Source of the DNA: Planctomycetales bacterium | GTDB taxonomy: Bacteria; Planctomycetota; Planctomycetia; Pirellulales; S012-138 | Length of the DNA: 64,000 nt | Assembly: GCA_015488215.1 (NCBI GenBank) | Contig: WFOE01000240.1 | Span: forward strand, 9 to 64,008 | Reading direction: 5' to 3' | In this document: positions 10,108 to 18,771 of the stretch, in pieces | How the letters are laid out: the number at the start of each line of letters is the position of its first letter | How positions within the stretch are numbered: position 1 is the first letter of the stretch | The notes under the pieces: generated by a model | Database searches by the model: none | Told to the model about the DNA's origin: nothing | Seen by the model: the letters and a program-made list of their open reading frames with translations, nothing else | Translations under genes and position numbers: made by a program

Positions 10108-12114
10108 CTACTCGGCCGCTTTTTCTTGCTCCGAGGATTCCCCCTCGCCGCTGGACTCGTCCGCCTGGGTGGCTTGCGGCTCGGGCGATTGTTCTTCGGC
10201 CGAAGGGGCTTGTTCTTCGGCCGCAGGAGCCGCCTCTCGGGCCTCGGACTGTTCCGGGACGGAGGTTTCGGTCGGGGCTTCGGCGGTTTTGGCTTCTTCC
10301 TTGGTTCCGGCCGAGGACTGGGAGATCAAGCTGGCCTGGAACAGCGGACCGCCGCCCTGGCCCACGCCGCCTTTGAGTTCCTGCTGGGCTCCGGCGCCGG
10401 TGGGCTTGCTCTGTTGGGGAGCCGCCTGTTCTTCAATCATGTCTTCGGCCCATTCGACCCGCTTGCGCGAAAGCCCAATCTTCCGCTCCTCGGGATCGAC
10501 GCGGAGGATTTTCACCTCGATCTGGTCGCCCACCTTGACCACCTCTTCGGGGTTTTCCACCTTGTGGTCGGCCAGTTCCGAGATGTGCAGCAGCCCTTCC
10601 AGGTCGTCTTCCAGCGAGACGAACACGCCGAAGTTGGTGATCTTGGTCACGGTGCCGGTGACCACCTGGCCGGGCTTGTACTTGTTGGGGATCTGCTCCA
10701 CCCAGGGGTCTTCGCTCAGTTGCTTCAGTCCCAGCGAGATGCGCCGCCGCTGCTTATCGACGTTGAGCACCTTGCACTGGATTTGCTGCCCCTTCTGGAG
10801 CAGTTCGCCGGGATGGCCAATCTTGCGGGTCCAGGACATGTCGTTGACGTGCAGCAGGCCGTCGATACCCTCTTCCAGCTCGACGAACGCCCCGTAGTTG
10901 GTCAGGTTGCGCACCGTGCCGGTGACGACGGAACCGACCGGGTACTTCTCTTCCACCTTGTCCCAGGGGTTCTCCTGGGTTTGCTTCATGCCGAGGGAGA
11001 TTTCCTGCTTTTCCTTGTTGATGTCCAGGACGACCACCTCGACGATGTCGCCCTTGTTGACCAGCTCGGTGGGGTCGGAGATGCGACGGGTCCAGGACAT
11101 TTCGGAAATGTGGACCAGCCCCTCGATCCCCTCTTCCAGCTTGACGAACGCCCCGTAGCTCATCACGTTGACCACTTCGCCTTTGACGCGGGAGCCGATG
11201 GGATACTTTTCTTCGATGTTGTCCCAGGGGCTGGGCTCTTTCTGCTTCAGGCCCAGGGCGATCTTTTCCCGCTCGTAGTCGATGTCGAGAATCATCACCT
11301 CGATTTCCTGGTCCAGGGAGACCATGTCCGAGGGATGGTTGACCCGTCCCCAACTCATATCGGTAATGTGCAGCAGACCGTCGATGCCGCCCAGATCGAC
11401 AAACGCGCCGAAGTCGGCGATGTTCTTGACGATTCCTTTGCGGATTTCGCCCTTTTTGAGCACTTTGAGCAGTTGTTTTTTGCGTTCGGCGCGTTCTTCT
11501 TCGATCAGCGCCCGGCGGCTGACGACGATGTTGCGCCGCGAGTCGTCGATCTTGAGCACCACGCACTGAATCCAGCGGCCGATGTAATCGCCGATGTCGT
11601 GCGGGCGGCGGATGTCCACCTGGCTGGCCGGCAGAAAGACGTTTACGCCGATATCGACCAGCAGGCCGCCTTTGATCTTGCGGGTCACGCGGCCGGTGAC
11701 CACGTCCCCCTCCTTAATCGTTTCCATCAGCTCCTGCCAGCGCAGCATCTTTTCGGCCTTGCGCTTGCTCAGCAGGAGCATGTCCTCCGGATCGGTGGAA
11801 GTACCTTCGGGCTCCTCGATGTCTTCTACCAACAGGCGGACTTCCTGACCGACGACAGGAGGGTCATGTTCGTCCCATTCCGTGATAGGCAGGACGCCTT
11901 CGCACTTGTAGCCCACATCGACCACCACGCGGTCGCCTTCCACGCGGATGATCTTGCCTACGACGATTTTACCCGGCAGAACCTCCTGTTTTTCGGCGGT
12001 GATGAGTATTTCGTCCAGATCGCCGGAAAGTCCCTGGAGGGACTGTTCGACGGCTTGATTCAGTTCGGCTTCGTTGGCTTCGTCCAGATTGCGGATGAGG
12101 TTGTAGTTGACCAT
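10108..12114 (-). CDS. rpsA: 30S ribosomal protein S1 with an extended acidic/low-complexity C-terminal tail
   Basis: 668 aa with six S1 (OB-fold) repeats carrying recurrent G.V..I..FGAFV.L..G..GL.HIS motifs. The last roughly 110 aa are E/A/S/Q-rich. Confidence 0.93.
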   Translation of the reverse strand: MVNYNLIRNLDEANEAELNQAVEQSLQGLSGDLDEILITAEKQEVLPGKIVVGKIIRVEGDRVVVDVGYKCEGVLPITEWDEHDPPVVGQEVRLLVEDIEEPEGTSTDPEDMLLLSKRKAEKMLRWQELMETIKEGDVVTGRVTRKIKGGLLVDIGVNVFLPASQVDIRRPHDIGDYIGRWIQCVVLKIDDSRRNIVVSRRALIEEERAERKKQLLKVLKKGEIRKGIVKNIADFGAFVDLGGIDGLLHITDMSWGRVNHPSDMVSLDQEIEVMILDIDYEREKIALGLKQKEPSPWDNIEEKYPIGSRVKGEVVNVMSYGAFVKLEEGIEGLVHISEMSWTRRISDPTELVNKGDIVEVVVLDINKEKQEISLGMKQTQENPWDKVEEKYPVGSVVTGTVRNLTNYGAFVELEEGIDGLLHVNDMSWTRKIGHPGELLQKGQQIQCKVLNVDKQRRRISLGLKQLSEDPWVEQIPNKYKPGQVVTGTVTKITNFGVFVSLEDDLEGLLHISELADHKVENPEEVVKVGDQIEVKILRVDPEERKIGLSRKRVEWAEDMIEEQAAPQQSKPTGAGAQQELKGGVGQGGGPLFQASLISQSSAGTKEEAKTAEAPTETSVPEQSEAREAAPAAEEQAPSAEEQSPEPQATQADESSGEGESSEQEKAAE

Positions 12115-12551
12115 AGCAAAGCGAGGGAATGGAACACAGGGAAACGGAAAACGGAGGCAAACAGGATGCTTCCTCCCGGCCGGCTTGCCCGCTGCAAGCG
12201 CCTACCAAGCCGGGAACCAGTAATCTTAGGTGTTCGGCCCGAATAAGACCAGAGCAAGCGATTCTTCCCCCCGAATGGGGCTGAAAGTGCAACATACCAC
12301 ATGCTAGCACCAGCGGCAATTCCCGGGCGGTTTTCCGGGCAAACGGCGTCTGGTGCCAGGATGCTCTTGGTTTGTATGAGGCTTTGGACGATGATTCTGC
12401 AGGAACGCCGCAAGGGTGGACACGTACCGCGACGGCAATGCCAGCGAAGTCGGCAGGACGGACCAACAAGCAGTCCGAAGCTACGCATCCAGCCGGGAGC
12501 CGCTGCGGCGAGCCGACCCCTCCGCTACCAGGAAAAGGATTTCCGCGGGCA

Positions 12552-13478
12552 ATGAGCGATTGGACGCCGGAACTGGCCACCCAGATCCAGCAGCGGGTGC
12601 AGCAGGACACCCAGGAGCTGGTCCAGGCTTTTTCGCGGGCGTGGGATCGCACGTTCACCCAGGCCACGGCCGGCGAGCCGGTTACGGTGGCCGATATCCA
12701 GCAGCAGCTTCAGGGGCCCGGGCTGGCCCTGTTCTTCCAAGTGGAACAGCAAGGGGCGCTGGCTCTGGTGCCCGAGGCCAGCGGCTTGCTCCCCTCCTGG
12801 TATCGCCAGCCGGACGCCACCGGCACCAGCAAACTGCAAACCCTGGCCCAGGAAGCCGGCATGATCCTGCTGCCGGACGAGTTGATGCCCCTGGGGGCCG
12901 AAGTGGCCGATTTGGAGCCGCTGGCCGAGGCGCTGCGGCGCTGGTCCGTAGAAGAACAAGCCACCGTGCTGCCGCTGGAGCTGGCCGGGGAGGAAGGCTC
13001 AGGTACGCTGTGGCTCTGTTGGCCAGCCAAAGCGGCCGCCGCGCAGGGGCAGGAGGAAAAGAAACCTTCCGGGGAAGAAAAGTCGCCGCAGCCCCAGTCG
13101 GCCTCCCCGAAAGAAAAACCGGCGGCGACAGCCTCTTCCGGCAAGGCTTCGGCCGGGGGTGCCTCACCGGGACGCCGCGTGCGGTCGCTGGAAGAGCTGC
13201 CCCCGTATATCCGCTCGCTGCTCAAGGTGCGGCTGCCGGTGATGGTCACGCTGGCTTCCCGAAAAATGAAGGTCAAAGAGATTCTGGAGCTGGTACCCGG
13301 GGCCATTATCCAGTTCGACAAATCGTGCGAGGACCTGCTCGACCTGGAAGTGGCCGGAGTGCGAATCGCCGTGGGCGAAGCGGTCAAGGTGGGCGAGAAG
13401 TTCGGGCTGCGTATCCGCCGGATGGTGCCGCCGGAAGAACGCTACCTGCCGCTTAAACCCAAACGCCGTCCGGCCTGA
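12552..13478 (+). CDS. FliN/FliY-like flagellar switch protein (C-terminal SpoA domain)
   Basis: The C-terminus LKVRLPVMVTLASRKMKVKEILELVPGAIIQFDKSCEDLLDLEVAGVRIAVGEAVKVGEKFGLRIRRM matches the FliN/SpoA fold signature. The middle is low-complexity P/S/A/K-rich. The start is placed at ATG 12552. Confidence 0.7.
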   Translation: MSDWTPELATQIQQRVQQDTQELVQAFSRAWDRTFTQATAGEPVTVADIQQQLQGPGLALFFQVEQQGALALVPEASGLLPSWYRQPDATGTSKLQTLAQEAGMILLPDELMPLGAEVADLEPLAEALRRWSVEEQATVLPLELAGEEGSGTLWLCWPAKAAAAQGQEEKKPSGEEKSPQPQSASPKEKPAATASSGKASAGGASPGRRVRSLEELPPYIRSLLKVRLPVMVTLASRKMKVKEILELVPGAIIQFDKSCEDLLDLEVAGVRIAVGEAVKVGEKFGLRIRRMVPPEERYLPLKPKRRPA

Positions 13479-13560
13479 GCGGGAAGGTTTCGCGTCCGGC
13501 AAGCAACCCGTTTCCTAGGACGACGACCGTGCTGGGAAGGCTGCGGCCGCGGGAAAGACT

Positions 13561-14037
13561 TCAGCACCACGGTCGCCCGCCGCGGAGCCGCCAGTACAGT
13601 TCCGGGGCCGAGGCCAGCGCGTCCCGGACCGCCTGCCGCACACTCTGAGGGCTGACCGGTTTGGCCAACACGCGCTGCACCTGCCAGCGGGTAGCCTCGT
13701 TGAGCAGTTCGGAAGAAACATCGGCCGTAAGAAACACAAACGGTACCGGCAGCCCGTACTGCCGCGTGGCCCGGACCAGTTCCAGCCCGTTCAGCCCCGG
13801 CATGTTCACGTCTGAAAGAACCAGATGGACGGTGCGCGAGACGACCATCTGCCAAGCCTGGTGCCCATCGCCGGCCACAGAAACAGCGAACCCTTCCCGT
13901 TCGAACAGGCTCTGCAAAGTTTCCCGCAGCAAGGGGTCGTCGTCACTGATGAGCAACCGGGGAACTTCCAGCGACACGTGGACACCTCGCTCGTGGCAGG
14001 AACAGTGGAAGCTGTTGCCGACAAGAGCAAACAGCAT
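13561..14037 (-). CDS. Stand-alone response regulator receiver (CheY-like)
   Basis: The REC motifs are LLISDDDPLLRE, LVLSDVNMPGLNG, FLTA and AKP. The start is uncertain (ATG 14037 or 14070). The ORF-track 5' end to 14181 runs into an AT-rich non-coding-looking stretch. Confidence 0.75.
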   Translation of the reverse strand: MLFALVGNSFHCSCHERGVHVSLEVPRLLISDDDPLLRETLQSLFEREGFAVSVAGDGHQAWQMVVSRTVHLVLSDVNMPGLNGLELVRATRQYGLPVPFVFLTADVSSELLNEATRWQVQRVLAKPVSPQSVRQAVRDALASAPELYWRLRGGRPWC

Positions 14038-14543
14038 TCCAGCCTGCGGGGAGCTGCCGTGATTCAACATCCCTAAGGCGCGTAACTTTATTCTAATTAC
14101 GCAATTGGGGCAAAGCCACTTTCCTCGGTCGAAGCCGGACATCCGCTCCGGAGCGGGGGGTTCCTGCTGCCAGTCTGACATACAGCGGCCCGCGGAAACC
14201 AGGCATGCAAGGCTTGCGATTCCCCAAGCAAACGGGGGGTATGTGCTCTTTTGTTCAGTATTAGATTAGAGATGCGGACGCAGATTTCGGGGCTTTTCTG
14301 CCCCGGTAAGGCAATTCGTCACTTGACGTTGCGGAAAGCAGCGTCGAACAATTGAGTGTCCCCGCCGCGCAGTGGTCGGGGGCAGGTTTCCTGCGGAGTG
14401 TTTTGCATCCCCAAGACGAAAAGCCCTTGCTGTTCTCGTAGCCCATCCGTGCCGGCGCAACCTCGCAGTTCTTCTCCTCCCGGAAGGCAATGTGCCGGTG
14501 TTTGTTGCAGCAAGCGTGCAGGTAAGGTAAGGAAATTGCCTCC

Positions 14544-15872
14544 ATGAGTCCCCTTCCTCGATTGGCCGTCGGTTCGATTCATGCGGAGGCACCAGCCCAG
14601 TTCGTCGTCTGGGGACTGTTACGCCTGATGCAGCAGCATGGCGTGCAGGTGCAACATTTCTACGCCCATTCGGCTTTTTCGCCGCTGGACGGGGCTCGGG
14701 TGGCCACGGGACTGCGTTCGCGCCATCTGGACAGTTGGCTCATGAGTCCCGAAGTCTGTCGCCGCCTGCTGGCCTTGTGCAGCGGAAAGTGCGACCTGGC
14801 CCTGGTCGAAGGCACATTCCAGCCCCAGTGTTCCGGCCACCTGTTCCCTTGTGGCCGCCTGGACGAACTGAGCCACTGGCTGCAACTGCCCCGAGTGGGC
14901 GTGGTGGATGTGCGGCACCTGGACCGCTGCCGGACCGAGCCGCCGGGCAACGTGGACGCCGTGCTTCTTTGCGGACTGGAGTCCCCGCGGCAGATGGCCT
15001 ACTGGCAAACGGTGCTCGAACCGCTTTGGGGATGTCCGGTCCTGGGAGGGATGCAGGCGTCGGACTCGCTTTTTGGTCAACTGGCGGCTCTTCCCCTGGG
15101 CAGCAAACCGGCCGCCGAACACTGCAACCTGCTGGCACAAGCCGTGGCCCGATTCACTCGCGTGGATCGGGTCTTTCGTTTTGCCCAGACTGCACCGGCC
15201 ATCGCGGCGCGCGAAGACCGCTGGCCCCAGGGGCCCAGGGCCCAAGCGGTGCGCATCGCCGTGGCCTGCGATGCGGCGTTTGACTGTTATTTTCCCGATA
15301 CGCTCGATCTGCTGGAACGGTTGGGCGCGGAGCTGGTTCCGTTTTCGCCGCTGCGAGACGAACAGCTCCCCCCGGGGGTGGATGTGGTTTACCTGGGCTG
15401 CGGGCACCCGGAGCGCTACGCCCGGCGGCTGAGTCGCAACTGCTGCATGATCGCCGCCTTGCGGATGTTTGTTGCCGCCGGCGGCAAGCTTTATGCCGAA
15501 GGGGGCGGCCTGGCCTACTTGTGCCAACATCTGGAGGACCTGCGGGGCCGGCGGTGGAATGGCGCCGGGGTGTTCCGGCTGCTGGCCCGGCCCCGGCGGG
15601 AAATCCTCCCGCCCCAGCCGACCCAACTGTGCGTCGAATGCGGTACCTGGCTCACCCCACCGCAGACGGTGCTTCGCGGCTATCGGAACGGCTACTGGGA
15701 ACTGCTTCCCCTGGCTCCCGACGGCCGGGTGCTGGATCGCCAAGAGCGGGACATCTCGCTGGTTTGCGTCCATCAGGCGGTGGGCAGCACGCTGCATCTG
15801 AACTTTGCCGCCCAGGGCGAAGTGCTCCAGAACTTCTTCGCCCCCCCGGACGAACCGCTGTATGCAATCTGA
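14544..15872 (+). CDS. CbiA/CobB-like (cobyrinic acid a,c-diamide synthase family) protein, apparently catalytically degenerate
   Basis: The C-terminal CobB/CobQ-type GATase region is VRIAVACDAAFDCYFPDTLDLLERLGAELVPFSPL...VDVVYLGCGHPE...GGKLYAEGGGLAYL. The N-terminal nucleotide-binding region lacks a G..GKT P-loop (RLAVGSIHAEAPAQ). Confidence 0.65.
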   Translation: MSPLPRLAVGSIHAEAPAQFVVWGLLRLMQQHGVQVQHFYAHSAFSPLDGARVATGLRSRHLDSWLMSPEVCRRLLALCSGKCDLALVEGTFQPQCSGHLFPCGRLDELSHWLQLPRVGVVDVRHLDRCRTEPPGNVDAVLLCGLESPRQMAYWQTVLEPLWGCPVLGGMQASDSLFGQLAALPLGSKPAAEHCNLLAQAVARFTRVDRVFRFAQTAPAIAAREDRWPQGPRAQAVRIAVACDAAFDCYFPDTLDLLERLGAELVPFSPLRDEQLPPGVDVVYLGCGHPERYARRLSRNCCMIAALRMFVAAGGKLYAEGGGLAYLCQHLEDLRGRRWNGAGVFRLLARPRREILPPQPTQLCVECGTWLTPPQTVLRGYRNGYWELLPLAPDGRVLDRQERDISLVCVHQAVGSTLHLNFAAQGEVLQNFFAPPDEPLYAI

Positions 15873-16224
15873 ATCTGAATGCAATCTGAACCCGAGCTGA
15901 AGCGGCGACTCCTCTAGCAGGGCTTGAGGGGATGGGGCGTGAGGGCGTGGAGGCTTGGGGGGGTGCGGGGAGAGCTACCGCTCCAGGGCAAGAGTCGGCT
16001 TGCGGCTTGCGCCGTGCGCGGGGAGCTTCCACTCCGAAGCAAGAACAAACGCCGATTTTCGCAATCGGCGAGCCGGGAGCGTCAGCTCCCGGAGGACAGC
16101 GCGGCCGTCGGCCACTGGGTGCTTCCGCACCAGTGGACAAACAAACGCTCGCACTCGTGCTCGTAATGCGTAATCGGCAGCTCGTTATCAGTGGCCAATA
16201 ATCGGCAATCGGCCGCCAGCCGGC
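15873..16224 (+). repeat. Mosaic hairpin-module repeat locus D, between convergent genes
   Basis: Contains TGCAATCTGAA-TCTGAA-TGCAATCTGAA at the stop codon, a G-tract module (15921-15970) and GAGAGCTACCGCTCC...GGCTTGCGGCTTGCGCCGTGCGCGGGGAGCTTCCACTCC. It also has the about-65-nt unit GGCGAGCCGGGAGCGTCAGCTCCCGGAGGACAGCGCGGCCGTCGGCCACTGGGTGCTTCCGCACC (16066-16131) and the CTCGCACTCGTGCTCGTAATGCGTAATCGGCAGCTCGTTATC module. Confidence 0.85.
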
Positions 16225-17223
16225 TCAGCGGTCCCAGCGGGCCAGCGGTTTCAAGCGGCTGGTGCGGCCTAGGTGATCCGTCAGCAAAAGATCGCCCTGG
16301 TACAACCGCCAGCGGTAGTTGGTCCGCGAGCCGTCGGCCCAGGTGACCAGCAACAGATCCTCCCGGGCCACCGCGTTGCCCCGCAGTTGCACCAAGGGGC
16401 GGTCGTACCGCAGCGTGCCGTCCGGTCCAGGTTCGAAGCTGCTGCGGCGGTCGAACTGAAGCACCACTTCGCCCCGGGGACCGAAGTACATCTGCCCCCG
16501 AGGGGCCTTCCACCAGCCCAACAGCGCCGCGGCCGGAGCCATCTGCGCCGCAGGCTGCGGCCACTGCCTCTGCTGGGGCGCACGAAGCCTGCTTTGCCGC
16601 AGCCACCGGTGCCAGGTCTCTTCCACCAGGGGGGCTTGCCGGTCCGATGCGACGATGCCCGTGTAGTATTCCCCCCAGGGCGTTTCCACTCCCAGGGCCG
16701 AAATGGTCCAGGAGGGCGTTTCTCCGGAGCGGGTTCCCCGAAACAACAAGCCACGGTGGCCGTGCCAGGAGAAGGGCCGACCTGGTTCTTCCAGCACGAA
16801 CCGCCCCCCGGCTAACGTGCGTACCACATGGTGCACCTGGGCGGCCGTGATGCCCCTCGGGCGGCTGCCGGGCCCCCGAGGCACGAACGTGGCCCAAAGC
16901 CCCTGTGGCAAGGCGGCCCAGCCTCGGGGGGGCCTGTGCGGCGCAATCCACAAAAAGACGTAATTCCCCCGGGGACGTTCTTCCACCCACCAGCCCGAGG
17001 GACGCCGCGTAACAAGCGCTCCGGCGGCAAACTCCAACCGGTCCTGGCTCCAGAACCCTTCGGAAAGTTCCTGCGGCGAATTGCCGGGGTGGGGTGCTTG
17101 GGACGCGGCGGGAGCTGTGGCGGCCGCTTCGCTCCCTGGGCCGGGGTGCTGGGGCACAAGCAGCGGTCCCTGGGCCGAGGCTACGGCCACGGCGCAAGTG
17201 CAGGCCAGCAAAAACGCCAGCAT
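16225..17223 (-). CDS. Hypothetical secreted protein (W/R/P-rich)
   Basis: 332-aa ORF with a signal peptide MLAFLLACTCAVAVASAQG from ATG 17223. I recognise no family. A competing out-of-frame ORF (16082-17197) lacks any such signal. Confidence 0.5.
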   Translation of the reverse strand: MLAFLLACTCAVAVASAQGPLLVPQHPGPGSEAAATAPAASQAPHPGNSPQELSEGFWSQDRLEFAAGALVTRRPSGWWVEERPRGNYVFLWIAPHRPPRGWAALPQGLWATFVPRGPGSRPRGITAAQVHHVVRTLAGGRFVLEEPGRPFSWHGHRGLLFRGTRSGETPSWTISALGVETPWGEYYTGIVASDRQAPLVEETWHRWLRQSRLRAPQQRQWPQPAAQMAPAAALLGWWKAPRGQMYFGPRGEVVLQFDRRSSFEPGPDGTLRYDRPLVQLRGNAVAREDLLLVTWADGSRTNYRWRLYQGDLLLTDHLGRTSRLKPLARWDR

Positions 17224-17571
17224 GCGGAAGCTGCCGTGCTGTGGAGTCAATAGGGCAACGGGGACCTTCACCGCCTGTTTCCGTCCGTCTTCAGGGAACT
17301 GCGAGCCGCCAGGACGTGTGCCTGCCGTCCCTTGGGCAGAGGGCTACTTCTTTCACAAACATCGGCATCCCCGGCACGAAGGCCGGGCCGATTCCTGCGC
17401 GATGGGGGCAACGGGCAATCCCGTTCCAACCGTCAATTCCGGCAAATGCGTACCGGCCGGAAAAATCGCGGCACCGGCTCGCGGCAAGCTACGTTTGCAT
17501 GGAAAGACGGCGTCCGTTCCCCCGGCGGAAAGCAAACCGGCAAGAGCCTTTCCCGCAAAGGATGACATCCC

Positions 17572-18771
17572 ATGCACGTGCTGCATCTGGTCAACGGCGA
17601 ACACTACGCGGGAGCCGAGCGGGTGCAAGACCTGCTGGCCCAATGGCTGCCGCGGTTCGGCGTGGAAGTGACGCTTGTGTGTCTGAAGCCGGATAAGTTC
17701 CCTCGGCGGCGCGGCTGCCAGCAAACGCCACTGGTGGAGCTACCGATGCGCACGCGCTGGGACCTGCGCGTGGTGCGCCCCCTGACCCAGTTGGTTCGGC
17801 AACGGAAGCTCGACCTGCTCCACTCGCACACGCCCCGCACCGCGCTGGTGGCCGCGTTGCTGAAGCGGAAAACGGCGCTGCCGTGGGTCCATCACGTGCA
17901 CGGGCACACGGCCACCGAGGCCCGACGCCGCGGCTGGGCGGCGCTGGTCGGCTGGATAGAACGGCAGGTAGTACGTCGGGCCGACCGGCTGGTGGCCGTT
18001 TCCCAGACCGCAGCCGGATACTTTCGGAACCAGGGGTTCGCCCCGGAAAGTCTGGTCGTGATTCCCAACGGCATCGCCGGGCCGGAACAACTTCCTGAAC
18101 GCGACGCGCCGCGGCCGCCCTGGCGATTGGGGTTGGTGGGCCTGTGGCGCCCTCGCAAGGGACTGGAAGTGGCCCTGGAGGCCCTGGCCCTGCTGCGCAC
18201 CAGGTTCTCCGCCGCGGCGGCGCTCCACGTGGTTGGGCCGTTTGAAACCTCGGATTACGAACAAGAAGTGCGGCGACTGGTGGAGCGTTTGGAATTGCAG
18301 GAGCAGGTTCGCTTCCTCGGCTACCAGCAGGACGTCGCGGCACAACTGGAACAAATGGACCTGCTGCTCTTTCCCAGCATTCTGCCCGAGGGGATGCCGA
18401 TGGTGTTGTTGGAAGCGATGGCCTGGGGCGTGCCGGTGGTGGCCAGCGAGGTGCCCGGCGTGGTGGACGTGGTGGTGCCGGAGGAAACCGGAGTGCTGGT
18501 TCCGCCGCAACAACCCGAGGCCCTGGCCCGGGCGGCGCTGGAGGCGCTGAACCACCCCGGCCGATGGGAAGAGTTGCGTCGGGCTGCGTTTACCCGACAG
18601 CGGCGATTGTTTTCGGCTGAAAAAATGGCTCAGGAAGTGGCCTCGCTTTACCAGGCCGTCCTTGGCTGGCCAGGGGCGGAAGGCTCTTCTTCTGGCGTGG
18701 CGATTCCGGAAGAGTCTCCGCTACCCTGTGGACTTCCTGTCCCCCCCAGCGTCGGCCACTTCCCGAGCTAG
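17572..18771 (+). CDS. Glycosyltransferase family 4 (GT-B, RfaG-like)
   Basis: N-terminal MHVLHLVNGEHYAGAERV, and a C-terminal EGMPMVLLEAMAWGVPVVASEVPGVVDVV..E.TG motif (E-x7-E type). Confidence 0.88.
   Translation: MHVLHLVNGEHYAGAERVQDLLAQWLPRFGVEVTLVCLKPDKFPRRRGCQQTPLVELPMRTRWDLRVVRPLTQLVRQRKLDLLHSHTPRTALVAALLKRKTALPWVHHVHGHTATEARRRGWAALVGWIERQVVRRADRLVAVSQTAAGYFRNQGFAPESLVVIPNGIAGPEQLPERDAPRPPWRLGLVGLWRPRKGLEVALEALALLRTRFSAAAALHVVGPFETSDYEQEVRRLVERLELQEQVRFLGYQQDVAAQLEQMDLLLFPSILPEGMPMVLLEAMAWGVPVVASEVPGVVDVVVPEETGVLVPPQQPEALARAALEALNHPGRWEELRRAAFTRQRRLFSAEKMAQEVASLYQAVLGWPGAEGSSSGVAIPEESPLPCGLPVPPSVGHFPS

Noticed and set aside
9988-12246. 752-aa plus-strand ORF covering the rpsA region
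   Set aside because: It is antisense to ribosomal protein S1, which has six clear S1 domains. The product is low-complexity (L/G/D/F/V runs). Its 5' end lies in the intergenic repeat array.
14330-14420. Cobalamin riboswitch upstream of the CbiA-like gene
   Set aside because: Only a weak resemblance (CCACTGCG on the minus strand) to the GCCACTG B12-box was seen. The other conserved blocks are not identifiable by eye and the orientation is wrong for the downstream gene. This needs cmscan to settle.
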